From positions 22,136,001-22,200,000 of the forward strand of contig OZ076409.1 of assembly GCA_964187785.1 (NCBI GenBank): a stretch of 64,000 bases of DNA, written 5' to 3'. Positions 13,091-25,321 of this stretch are shown here, in pieces. The DNA is from Amphiscolops sp. MND2022 (taxonomy: Eukaryota). A program made the translations under genes and the position numbers. Within the stretch, counting starts at the first letter, position 1; every line of letters starts with the position of its first letter. The notes under the pieces are model-generated. The model saw only the letters and a list, made by a program, of their open reading frames with translations. It was not told the DNA's origin and did no database searches.

Positions 13091-13624
13091 AACAAGCCGG
13101 GAACGGCCCAAGTCGGCGCCATATCTAAGGCTCAAAAATAACAGAAGGACTTCAAAGTGTCAAGTATTCTCTTCTACAGTACCCGTTTGAGGAAAAATTG
13201 AAAAAAAAAATCCGATTTTTTTTGAAATTTTTCAATTTTTTTTGGTCTCCCGTAAGTCGCATAGTGCCGAAACATGTAAAATGGGGCCCTTCGGAAGTTT
13301 TTTAACATCCATTCTTTTGCAAAATAGACAAAAAAATGAAGGGTGGACCCTATGGAGATATTTGCGAAAAAGTCTCACAAAGCCGAAAAAAAATTGCACA
13401 AAAAAATTTTGGTCATGGCGGGACTCGAACCCATGTCATTCTGCTTGTCAGACCTCGAAAAAGCCGTAGTGGCCAAGTGGCAGTGAAGTAGTGTGACACA
13501 GTTTAGTGTTAGTGCCGGTTTAGTGCCAACTTATAAAATTTATAAAATCTGTCGGTTCGTTGGTCTTAAAAAAAGAAGTCACTACTATAGTCTGCGTTTT
13601 TCTTCGAAAAGCGCCGACTAAAAA
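13091..13624 (-). mobile_element. Helentron-type non-autonomous repeat, copy 3
   Basis: Closely similar to 4671-5204 along its length, with the same termini. Confidence 0.75.
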
Positions 13625-13831
13625 TCGGGTTTTACTATCATAATAGGGCATTTTAGATACTAACATCCCATTTGGAAATCTGAAACTGCTTCTGAAAAGG
13701 TAATCAATCGAGGGCGCGAAAGATTTTTGGCACAAGTCACTGAAAGAACCTAACTGTAAAGAGAATTTGTTAGCTATTAAAATATTCTTTCAAAGATTAT
13801 TGACTCAATGTAAACTTCCAAATATGAATTT

Positions 13832-14420
13832 ATGAACTTTGGCTACCCAATTGACTTCACTGTGAAAGCGCTTCCAATAAAGTATTCGTCTAAATACTTA
13901 AGAGTTTATTTCAACAATAAACTCACAATCCGTGATCACATTGAGCTTGTTTTAAAAACATCGAATAAATTCAGTGGTATAATATACGAAGCCAGACCTA
14001 TGTATCCCGTTAAATGCCTTTTAACTTTTATAGTTCGTTTGCTAAATCTGTCATCACATATAGTTTGCTTGTCTATGGCGGTGCCGCAAAACGAATTTGA
14101 AAAAAAACTTGAAAATACACAGAGGAGACTTTTGAGAGCAATTTCTTCAACAATAAACATGATAGTGTCAGACAAATTTTCGATAAGACTAGTATTTTAA
14201 CGGTATCTGAGCTATACGTTAAGGAAGTTTACAGAGAAGTATTCAAACAGCTGAATCAGAATCACCTCTTTGTTTCCACGATGGAATCGGTCTTTGCCAT
14301 TATAATACGAGAAAAAACGAAAAAAATTTACTATCCTTGATTTATTGTGGAACAGTTTCCCGAGCCAAATCAGTGGAATACAGATTGAGAAAGGCCTATA
14401 ATCGCTTGAAAGACCATGAT
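13832..14420 (+). pseudogene. Decayed non-LTR retrotransposon RT C-terminal fragment
   Basis: KYLRVYFNNKLT..DHI...KFSGIIY and QRRLLRAI resemble LINE post-RT motifs; frameshifted. Confidence 0.6.
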
Positions 14421-14929
14421 TTAATACCAGTTGGCTTACCGAAGTTGAACACATTTTAAACACAATCACATCAGATCCTAAAAGGAAGTCATTTTTACGA
14501 AACTCTTTCCTGAATATTGAAAAACATTCCGTTTTCCAATCCGAAAAATGAATCTTTAAGAAAAATCCTAATTTGACACATCAATTGTTTTGCAACATTT
14601 CTCTTTATGTTTCTCATATTAGTGGAGAGGCTAGAAGAGCTGCTCAAAGCTCATCCTGTTTCCTGGCGGCATGTGAATTTAGTTTTTCTTCAATAAATTA
14701 GGATGAATATGTATCTTTTCAAGTATCCAGTCAAAGAAACTTTTTTTTTCCTTTCATTATCATAATGGGGCATTTTAGAAATCAACATTCCAATTGGAAA
14801 TCTGAAACTGCTTCTGAAAAGGTAATCAATCGAGGGCGCGAAAGATTTGTGGCGCAAGTCACTGAAAGGACCTAATTATTAGGAGATATTGTTAGCTATT
14901 AAAATATTCTTTCAAATATTATCGAGTGA

Positions 14930-15175
14930 ATGCAAAAGTTGTCACCAATAAAAAAACCAGCGACACGAATATTGTTTGACAGTTTGCTTGAAATGTACCC
15001 TACAACGAGAAATTACATCGACCAGCCGCCAGATGTTGATATTGTTCCTTCTCCGAATTTCGAGTCAGGAATTGTCAAAGTGATGAAGTTGCCAATGAGT
15101 CAATATTTTTGTCCTCTGAAGAAAATCCAATTGCGACATGAAGAATCGGAAGTTCCCCAAAAAATGTTTCGCTAA
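14930..15175 (+). pseudogene. hAT transposase fragment
   Basis: RILFDSLLEMYP...IVPSPNFESGIVKV parallels RLLLDELIK...KNKDFEHGIVKI in the 3179-3745 transposase. Confidence 0.5.
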
Positions 15176-18100
15176 TGAGTTGCTCCAGCATGTGTCATTT
15201 CAGAAGCTGTAATGTGTCATTTCAAAAATTAATTTTCACTATTTTAAACTGAATCATGTCTTGATTCTTTTTGGAATCTATCGAAAAACCAAAATTGAAT
15301 GAAGTTTTTTTAAAATGAAAAAAATGCAAAAGTTGCCCTTTGGTTTCATACAGCTTTGTGACTTAGGGAAAATGTAGAGCGATCACAAGGGGATCCGTTA
15401 ACCTTTTCGGCGGCTACTCTTCAGATTCAATGCCTAAAATTTTTCGAAAAAACTAGTCATCCTTCTCATAAAATGCGCCTATTACAAAGTAATCACTGTA
15501 ACGGCGTTCCACTTTTTTCCAAAAAACGTCAACTACTGATATTGCCCTTCATTCTGAACACTGCCATTGTTCTTGAAGATAAGGAACTTATCAAAGAATG
15601 CTGTCTGGAAACTCCCTGAGGTTGAGAGATTGTTCCACCGGATTAATTGGATTGCTGCCATTTTACTTTTTATTCTTCAAGGCTACAATTTTTCAATGAG
15701 TCTGCGCTCTCGGTCTATCTGTCTCGACAATAAGGTCGACGATTGTTATCTTGGCTTTCTAAACCCCAACAATTTTTCTAAGTCCCAGCTCTCCAATTAA
15801 AGGAAGCCAAAAATCCATTTTCTTTGTTTTCCTGGAAGCTGCATCATCCCGATTAAGTATTTATCTGGCCGTTTCTTTTTCACTTTGACCGGGATTCATT
15901 TCGCCAATAAAACTCTCGACAAATTCAAGCATTCGAAAATCATTTTGAAAGCCAATTCCTAATAATATCGATACTTATTACATTGTTGTGCACTTATTAA
16001 AGTTTTTTTTATTTCTCACTGGGGTCTTTTCTCCAGATTCGAACAAAATTTGAAGGTCAGGTATTGGATGTAAATTTTGTGCATGTGCTTTCGACTAGTG
16101 TGAGTGATAGGAGTATCGATCATTTTCATCACAGGAGTTTATCTCAGAGACAGGAAATTAACTTTCTTTTGAATTGAGAAGAGCCAACCGTCAACAGAGA
16201 CGGGCTCGGAATTACTGCACATTTGATAAGTGGATAGATATTTCAGGCGGTGTCAGTGCTTCAGCCTGTGCTTCGTTTTGAATCAATCAGTTAGATAAAT
16301 ATTCGTGTCTCTCCTCTGATTTTAATCGATTGAATGGAGCGCTTGTTTGACTTGGATCTGTTACTGCACTTGGCTCGAAAAAACAAGAGTAGGCACAGCC
16401 TCATTTCCTTAGTAGCCACCGTAGCCACTCTCTGCAACCGCAGCCAATGTCTAAGTTAACATCAGCGTCAGAATCCTCACAATTCACTCAACTAACCTCT
16501 TCCATTTTATGCTTCACTTTGTTTTTCATCAGTTGTGGCCATGAATCCTCTCTGGGAATAATTTCTTGGGCAAGGATGATTACGTTAAGAGCTGAAAACA
16601 ACGACTATGCTCCAAATCAACTCCTTTCTAACCCCACTCCTGCGAGCCCTGGTCTACCCGGTAAGGGTAAGTTGCTTAACCCTGCTTTTATTAGTTTTAC
16701 AGAATAGTCTCACAGACCGATGGCCCCTGGGGTACCATGATTAAAGATGCCCATGCTCCTAATTTATAAGAATTTTATAACATATGACCTTTTCAACTTT
16801 CAACTGTCCCCTTTAGTGGGGGGAAGCATAACTTTGTACCTTTGTGCAAACACCTGTTGAAGTTTCTTTGTGACTGAGGAGCCATCTTTGATCAGTGGTA
16901 ACTTCTTTGTTTCTGTCAGACCTCATGACACCTTATTAAATTTTTGTCACGCTTTGAAAGTTTTAAAAGTGGTTATTATATCAGCTTTTTTTTTCATTTT
17001 TCTGTTTCTTTGCAGTGAAAGATAACACAGTTGTCTGTCAGTCTATTGAGAGCTTCATTCTTACTTTGACGTATATTTCTATGTATCTATCTCCATATCC
17101 TCTAAGAAGAGCAATAACTAATTCAATTTAGTTTACTCTTGAATCTGATTGTAATGATTTAATAAGTACTGTATTGAGACATAGATTTTTGTATTGAGAC
17201 AACAAAGTTTTGTCTAGAGAGATACTAGAGCTCGTACAGATCGAAGAAACCCAGGTTCCAGTGTTGTATTATCCTAGCTGTTCAAGCGTTTATTAACGGT
17301 AACCCCCAGGTCAAGTGAAGTGAAATTGAATTGTTATAGAAAGTTTATAGAAGTTGTGGCAGAAACTGGAGAAGGAAAACAATGAAAAGTGTCCCCAGCT
17401 GAAACTAAAATTTAGCTTTAAAAATCATACAAAAACGAAAAATAATACTTCACCACCAGAATAGGCTTGATGTTTTTGCATACTATATCGGAGCTCAAGT
17501 TGGAGCAATGAGTTTTGAAGTGTCGGTTTTTGACCGTTGTTTTGGGATTCTATGATGATAGAAAAAATTCCGGACTATCGAAAGGACCTTATCGTATTTT
17601 ATTCAGCGCGTTTTGTGAAATAAGTGCCCAGTTATCACAGTAACTTTTTTCCTTTTCTGCAGACTAAAGACTTCTAAATCTGTGCTTTCTTTTTCCCTCA
17701 AAATTGTTACTAAATTTCCCATATTTTTGAAGTGTCCTCTTTTGATATCAGTTGAGGAAACCATTGGGTACCTAAAAGACCCCCTTAATTTTTTGTCTTT
17801 GGACTGTGAAAACTTCGGGATTTTCCACAAGAAAGCTATTGAGAATTAGCGAAACTTGTTTTTTTTTGCGGCTTGTTGGCAATTTTGCTGGCAAAAAATT
17901 GTTTTATTGGAATTTTTATGGGAGTGTGGGAGAAGAATTAGGCAGTTGGCGGGTTGTCTTGTTTTTATTATTCGGTTATTATGATAACGAAGCTCGTATT
18001 ATCATCCATGGTTAATGTTTGTGTTAGATAATAATAATGCTCGCATCGATTAATTGTGATAGTTCTCTAGTGTCCATTGATATGGTTAAATCAATATTTT

Positions 18101-19719
18101 GGAACATTTCTTAGGATTCCTCCCTTCGGAACCAGGTAAGCAGTTTATTTTTGTCTTCTGGTGTTTCCTTATTCTTTTATCAGAAGCATCATCATGAACT
18201 TGAGGACTCGCTTCAGGTATTTTTAATTATTTTCGTCGAAAAATACAACGTTTCGTTGGTTCAACCGCCCCCTCTTTGCTATAACGTCGTTTATTGTTTT
18301 TCAAGTTAGTATATGTGAAGTTCAAAAAGATGAAACTGAATCAAATCAACCCTTTACATTTTGAAAAGTTTCCAGAGCAATCATATACAAAGCGGTAGAC
18401 GATAAATTCACGAGCTTTTTAACCGATTACGAATGAATCATTTCATTGAAGAAAAATAAAAAAGAAAATCGATTATGTCTAGAAAGAAACAGATAAGAAT
18501 TCCTAAAAGTTTTAAAAGCGCCAGAAATCGATGGGTATCCATATGAAGGCCAGTCAGTGCATGGTAGGAACCTGCGACTGTCGCTAAGTTAGATGGAATC
18601 ATCAGTTTAGACATTGCTTTCGTTTTCAATTTTTGTCAGTGCAGTTTATGATGAAATTTGCCTAGTTGTTACTGTGGATTTTTTATCCTCCAGATGACAG
18701 AGCTCCCATTGAATGATTCATTTTTACACTTCAAACAGTCTTTTACACCAACATCATGCAAAGGGACTAAAGAGTATTTCATAGTTTGAGTATTTCATAT
18801 TTTTGTTTGAACTAAGAAACTGTATGACATCAAAGACGTCCCTTTTTTGTGACGTTTGCATTGAAAAAAACTTTTGAATCTAGAAGAACTTTCACTTCGG
18901 ATATTTTTTGGCAGCGGAAATTTTTAGGCAGCCATGGGCCCATTTTGCCTCCTTCGGGTAAAAACTGTCCCGTCAGAGGAGGATTTCGCTTCGTGTGGAG
19001 TGCTCGCCGGCCTGATCCAGTCTGTAATTGCTATCAGTATCGTGAATTACGCTTTGTCCTCGAAACTACCGCTTAAATAGCCTTTAAAAAAGTGGCGGTG
19101 GTAAAAGTGAAGAATTTTTTATCGCGGGACATGATGAAAAATAGCTCACGAGCTAATTCAACAAGATAATCGATATTTTGTGGCACAATTGACATTGCAT
19201 GGCAACAATTAGTGGGGAACACAAGAACGTATGAGTGTTAAACGAACTGACTCATTTTAGGTAATTACAACCATAAGTAGCAATTTGCTAAAGAAAGCGC
19301 CGGTCTAAACAATGTCCGTATTGGCGCGATTAGCAGGTTTGCTCATTGAGTCTTTTTCTGGCGTGTTCTTTGTGCGTTTGATGCTCCAATCCTCTTTGAT
19401 TCGCCTGGCAGGTCTTTTGGTAAAAACACGGAAGCGATCAGCGGCAACTGATCGAAAACAGCAAAACATAATTCCTTGAACGAATTTTTCAGACGCCTAT
19501 GAGTAATCGTTATACAGACTACTGTAGTGCCTCTTTAAAAACCAGGAGAACTGAGAGGTTATAAAATCTCTTAGTTTCTTTATGTTGTTCTATCACTTGC
19601 TGCCTAAGTCCTACCACTTGGTCAAGTGATTAGGGCGTGTGGCTGTTGAGCAGGAGAAAATGGATTCGATTCTCGCGCTTGGTCCCCCCTTCGAGTTTTG
19701 TGTTATTTTGCACAAGAAT

Positions 19720-19843
19720 GTATGTTAATAATCTAAAAGGGTCCCCCTTTTTACATTTTTTGGCACTATGCGACATTTTTCGAAAGAAAAAAATTTCAAA
19801 AATTTCAAGATATAGCGCCGACTTTAGACGTTCTCGTCTTGTT
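19720..19843 (+). mobile_element. Partial Helentron-type repeat, opposite orientation
   Basis: Ends gcgccgactttagacgttctcgtcttgtt; contains ggcactatgcgac shared with the other copies. Confidence 0.55.
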
Positions 19844-20959
19844 AGTCTGTGCGAAGCTAGACTAGATCAAAGGGCCCCCTTTGGATCGTTTTGGCACTGT
19901 TCTACTTTTTTCGGGATAATTCATTTTAGAAAAAGTCCTTTCTTCGAGTGTTTTGTTTTTAGCAAAAAAGCGTTTTCAAAGCAGTAAGGGTCCTCCATAT
20001 GTGTTTTTGACTTCCAAAGAATTTTCTACCAAGTTTCTAGGGAGCCTAATTTGGTTATTTTCGAAATTGAAATTGCCATAGTGTGAGTTTCCTCAATATG
20101 TTCGCTTGAACATATTCACTATTCACTATCGAAAATGCTTCTCTGAGCTTGTTCCTGTTCGACTTTTTGGCACTCTAAAATTATTCATAACTTTTCTGAA
20201 AAATGAACACCTGACCACTTCAAAAGCCTTTGCGTTTTTACCCAACCTTCAAGCGATGCACCAAGTTGTTTTTACATTCCAGGTGTGATTTTTCAGTATA
20301 CAAATTTCAGTCTGTAAATGTGTACAGTATGTGCCTTTTTACTGACGCTTGTAAACAAGAAACTATATTTTGGATCGAAACTAAATGAGATGCAGACATG
20401 AAAAAATGATCTATCTCAACATTGAATGTGTTAAAGTGATTTGCTTTTTAAGAGCAATTTTTTGACAAAAGCTACAAATATTCAGTCATGTGAGCAAAAC
20501 AAAGAGTTGACTCTGCTCAGCTCAGTGGTAGAAAATGTTAACTTATCGATCGAAATGTCTCAAAACGAGCAGACAGCCTTTTGTATCATCTCTAAGCAGC
20601 CTCCAGCTATTTTTCCCTCACTTTTTCTCTCTTTTTTTTGTCATCATGCATGAAAACATTGTTATTCTGGGAAAATTCCGCGCAACTTTTGTATGATCTA
20701 AAATACCAACAAAAAGTGGACACTTTGATTGGGTTCCAAATCGCATGCATGTGAGGGTATATGCATTCTTATAAGATGACGGGAAAGCAGAAATAGTTAG
20801 TGAAATTCCTGCAAGTCTGGGATTTATCAATGTTGACTGGAGAAAAAAGAAATAAGATTAGTGGTATAGCTGTGAATTTCTGGCTACACGGCGATTAGAC
20901 ACAATCGCGTTTTTCAGACGCCCTTACTGTCTCTTACCGGCACTCCACCCATGTTGAGT

Positions 20960-21600
20960 TTTCCTTGAGAATCTGTAAAGATCTGTGAGCCAATTTTCCT
21001 TGAGGATCTGTAAAGATCGTGCCACTGCTACGTAAGGACAACTGCAGATCTGCAAGGATCTTTACAGAAGTTCAAAGATTTTCTGTACAGATTTCTCAGG
21101 AAATTTTTTCCGGAACTTTTAGTGAAAATATGCATTTCATTTTTTAGCTTCTTCGGTAGATATTTTTGCTGACCAAGGCTCAGTCAGTTGAAACTCTCCA
21201 TCACTCAAAATTCTTGAGCAGGAAATGTTGTCCCCATCACGGTAATATTGGTGTCTGGGGAATGTTCGGTGTTGGTTATACACTGTAATTTATCCATTTC
21301 ACTTGAACTTTCCAGTAGTGGTTTTTCAACTTTGAGAGGCTCGTTTGCCATATTGACTTCGTTTTGACGGATGAGATTTGACATGTGACAACCTTCTGGG
21401 TTGGTAGAGGTGTTGATAGAGTGCTGTGGTTGTAATATTTCGGGAACATGGTTTGCTGGAGTGGTTTTAGTAATTGCTGGAAACTCGGAATACATTATAG
21501 TAATTTATTGGTATGGTTAATTTTCGACAAATCCTGGAATATCTGCAAGGATCTGTACAGATCTGTACAGATTCGCACAGAAACTTTTTTAAAACTTCAA
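20960..21600 (+). repeat. Dispersed AGATCTG-rich repeat, related to 63650-64000
   Basis: Shared blocks such as cagtcagttgaaactctccatcactcaaaa, tgtccccatcacg and tttgacatgtg. Confidence 0.7.
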
Positions 21601-21701
21601 ATAAGAGGTGTGTTTTTTCGTAGAGCACTTTTTAACCAACTAATTTCTTTTTCGAAAACTGAATTTATGACTATTCAATTTTCGAACAATCCTGGAATAT
21701 C

Positions 21702-24700
21702 TGTTCGAGGGAGTTTTCGGGGTTTTCGGGATGTTCGAGGTTTTCGGTGTTTTCGGGGTTCTCGGGGTTTGCGGAAAATCAATGCTGTCGAGGCTGTCGT
21801 CTGAATTGTCGTCGTCGCTGCCGTCTTCTTCCAAATTTCTGGCACGCTTCACTGCCGATCTTCTGAGGTCAAATGTTGAATTTAATGACGTCCACTGGTA
21901 GTTTTTAGGTCTCGGAGTTTCTTTCTCGACCTCTTCCTCAGTGCTCTCTTCTTCCTCCGGCAATTGCTCAGGCTCCACTGCCACTGTCCGCAGTGTGTTG
22001 CTGTAGATATTCAGCACCGCATTTCGATCTGCTTCGGTGACTCCTAAAAAGTTGCGTAAAATTTGTTAGAAATCAGACCATTTTGCGTGACCCTTAATAA
22101 CTAAAATACCAAGTTGCACAATTTTACTAATAAATACTAATAATAACCAAACATGCAACTTGGACAACTTTTCGCAAGTTGGACAGATTTCTAGCAAATT
22201 TAGGGGAAAATGAAAAATTTTTGCAAAATGTTTTCAAAAAGCTCCAAAACTGTTTCAGAAAGCAGGTTATCCCTCTTAGTGTTCAAGTTTGGTCGGAAAT
22301 GTTTCACTAATTTTGCAAGCGGGTGTTACTGTGAAAGAAATAGGCTCAAAAAGAGCCACTACTAAATGGTCTCGCTTGCTGAAGCCTTTACATGTTGGGA
22401 TTTAAGTTTCTGTCGAACATGTTTCTCAGCAATACAGCGGCAGTTGAATAAAACTGCATGAAGGAAAATTTCAGTCAGTTCCCAATGCTTTTTCTCACAG
22501 TCATCTTTTACGGTACTTGTTATTGTTAGTAATGTCGAGTTCATCGTTTTTGTTCAGATAGAAACGAAAGAAGTGACAACGATGGTATTAGTACTGTAAC
22601 ATAACATCTAACATAACTGCAGTGTTAGGTCTTGTCGCAGGCTGAAGCCTGTGACGGGACTAAAATCACAACAACCGCAGTCGGACAAGAAACGGCGACA
22701 GGTACTCTCCCAATTTATTGAATCAAGCTTAGGGAAAACTCAAACTTTTCATTTTCAAAACTCAAACTATGCTTCATTATTTTTTGCAGTTTGTGTGAAC
22801 TGCTCCTATTTTACACAATGTGTTAATCCCCTGAGTAACTATTATTTCGCCACTTTCTTCTAATTTTTTGACTTAAAAAAATCAAGTTTTTAAAATCTAG
22901 TCTATCTAACTATCTAAGGCATAATACTCAAAGTATAAAAGAGTCAGGTTTTGAAAACATGCATTTCATACGAGTGAAAGCAGTTTAAAATGTTTGGGAG
23001 AGAAATAAATAAACTTTTCAAGAATGAAAATGAGAACAGTTTATAACATTTAAACAAGTTTCTGCAGTTTTGTTGAATAATTACTGGAACGGGAACTTTT
23101 TGTTAACATTCATCCAGGCAGCCTTCACCTTGTGGTAAATCTTGTTAGCAGACACTTTGCTTAATTGCGGTTGAAACTCCTTCAAATTAGCTTCAACTTC
23201 TGCCTTTTGGATTGTCGGTAACGCCATATGGAAAAAACTGCATGCTAATTTTTCTTCTTCTGTCCAAGGATCTTTAGTGTTTCTGAATTGCTTCATGCTT
23301 TTAATATATAATTTTCGTTTTTTCTCCAAAATGTCAGGGGTGTTCGAGGGAGTTTTCGGGGTTTTCGGGATGTTCGAGGTTTTCGGTGTTTTCGGGGTTC
23401 TCGGGGTTTGCGGAAAATCAATGCTGTCGAGGCTGTCGTCTGAATTGTCGTCGTCGCTGCCGTCTTCTTCCAAATTTCTGGCACGCTTCACTGCCGATCT
23501 TCTGAGGTCAAATGTTGAATTTAATGACGTCCACTGGTAGTTTTTAGGTCTCGGAGTTTCTTTCTCGACCTCTTCCTCAGTGCTCTCTTCTTCCTCCGGC
23601 AATTGCTCAGGCTCCACTGCCACTGTCCGCAGTGTGTTGCTGTAGATATTCAGCACCGCATTTCGATCTGCTTCGGTGACTCCTAAAAAGTTGCGTAAAA
23701 TTTGTTAGAAATCAGACCATTTTGCGTGACCCTTAATAACTAAAATACCAAGTTGCACAATTTTACTAATAAATACTAATAATAACCAAACATGCAACTT
23801 GGACAACTTTTCGCAAGTTGGACAGATTTCTAGCAAATTTAGGGGAAAATGAAAAATTTTTGCAAAATGTTTTCAAAAAGCTCCAAAACTGTTTCAGAAA
23901 GCAGGTTATCCCTCTTAGTGTTCAAGTTTGGTCGGAAATGTTTCACTAATTTTGCAAGCGGGTGTTACTGTGAAAGAAATAGGCTCAAAAAGAGCCACTA
24001 CTAAATGGTCTCGCTTGCTGAAGCCTTTACATGTTGGGATTTAAGTTTCTGTCGAACATGTTTCTCAGCAATACAGCGGCAGTTGAATAAAACTGCATGA
24101 AGGAAAATTTCAGTCAGTTCCCAATGCTTTTTCTCACAGTCATCTTTTACGGTACTTGTTATTGTTAGTAATGTCGAGTTCATCGTTTTTGTTCAGATAG
24201 AAACGAAAGAAGTGACAACGATGGTATTAGTACTGTAACATAACATCTAACATAACTGCAGTGTTAGGTCTTGTCGCAGGCTGAAGCCTGTGACGGGACT
24301 AAAATCACAACAACCGCAGTCGGACAAGAAAAGGCGACAGGTACTCTCCCAATTTATTGAATCAAGCTTAGGGAAAACTCAAACTTTTCATTTTCAAAAC
24401 TCAAACTATGCTTCATTATTTTTTGCAGTTTGTGTGAACTGCTCCTATTTTACACAATGTGTTAATCCCCTGAGTAACTATTATTTCGCCACTTTCTTCT
24501 AATTTTTTGACTTAAAAAAATCAAGGTTTTAAAATCTAGTCTATCTAACTATCTAAGGCATAATACTCAAAGTATAAAAGAGTCAGGTTTTGAAAACATG
24601 CATTTCATACGAGTGAAAGCAGTTTAAAATGTTTGGGAGAGAAATAAATAAACTTTTCAAGAATGAAAATGAGAACAGTTTATAACATTTAAACAAGTTT

Positions 24701-25321
24701 CTGCAGTTTTGTTGAATAATTACTGGAACGGGAACTTTTTGTTAACATTCATCCAGGCAGCCTTCACCTTGTGGTAAATCTTGTTAGCAGACACTTTGCT
24801 TAATTGCGGTTGAAACTCCTTCAAATTAGCTTCAACTTCTGCCTTTTGGATTGTCGGTAACGCCATATGGAAAAAACTGCATGCTAATTTTTCTTCTTCT
24901 GTCCAAGGATCTTTAGTGTTTCTGAATTGCTTCATGCTTTTAATATATAATTTTCGTTTTTTCTCCAAAATGTCAGGGGTGTTCGAGGGAGTTTTTCGGG
25001 GTTTTCGGGATGTTCGAGGTTTTCGGTGTTTTCGGGGTTTGCGGAAAATCAATGCTGTCGAGGCTGTCGTCTGAATTGTCGTCGTCGCTGCCGTCTTCTT
25101 CCAAATTTCTGGCACGCTTCACTGCCGATCTTCTGAGGTCAAATGTTGAATTTAATGACGTCCGCTGGTAGTTTTTAGGTCTCGGAGTTTCTTTCTCGAC
25201 CTCTTCCTCAGTGCTCTCTTCTTCCTCCGGCAATTGCTCAGGCTCCACTGCCACTGTCCGCAGTGTGTTGCTGTAGATATTCAGCACCGCATTTCGATCT
25301 GCTTCGGTGACTCCTAAAAAG
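21702..25321. repeat. Tandem reiteration (period 1639 bp; one partial plus two full units) of the cassette left flank and last SET-YR exon
   Basis: Identical ORFs at 22362/24001 and 22651/24290; junction ctcctaaaaag|ttgcgtaaaa at ~22051 and ~23690. Confidence 0.95.

Noticed and set aside
15500..16520. Possible LINE ORF1-like remnant on the minus strand
   Set aside because: Too degenerate; no motif I can support.
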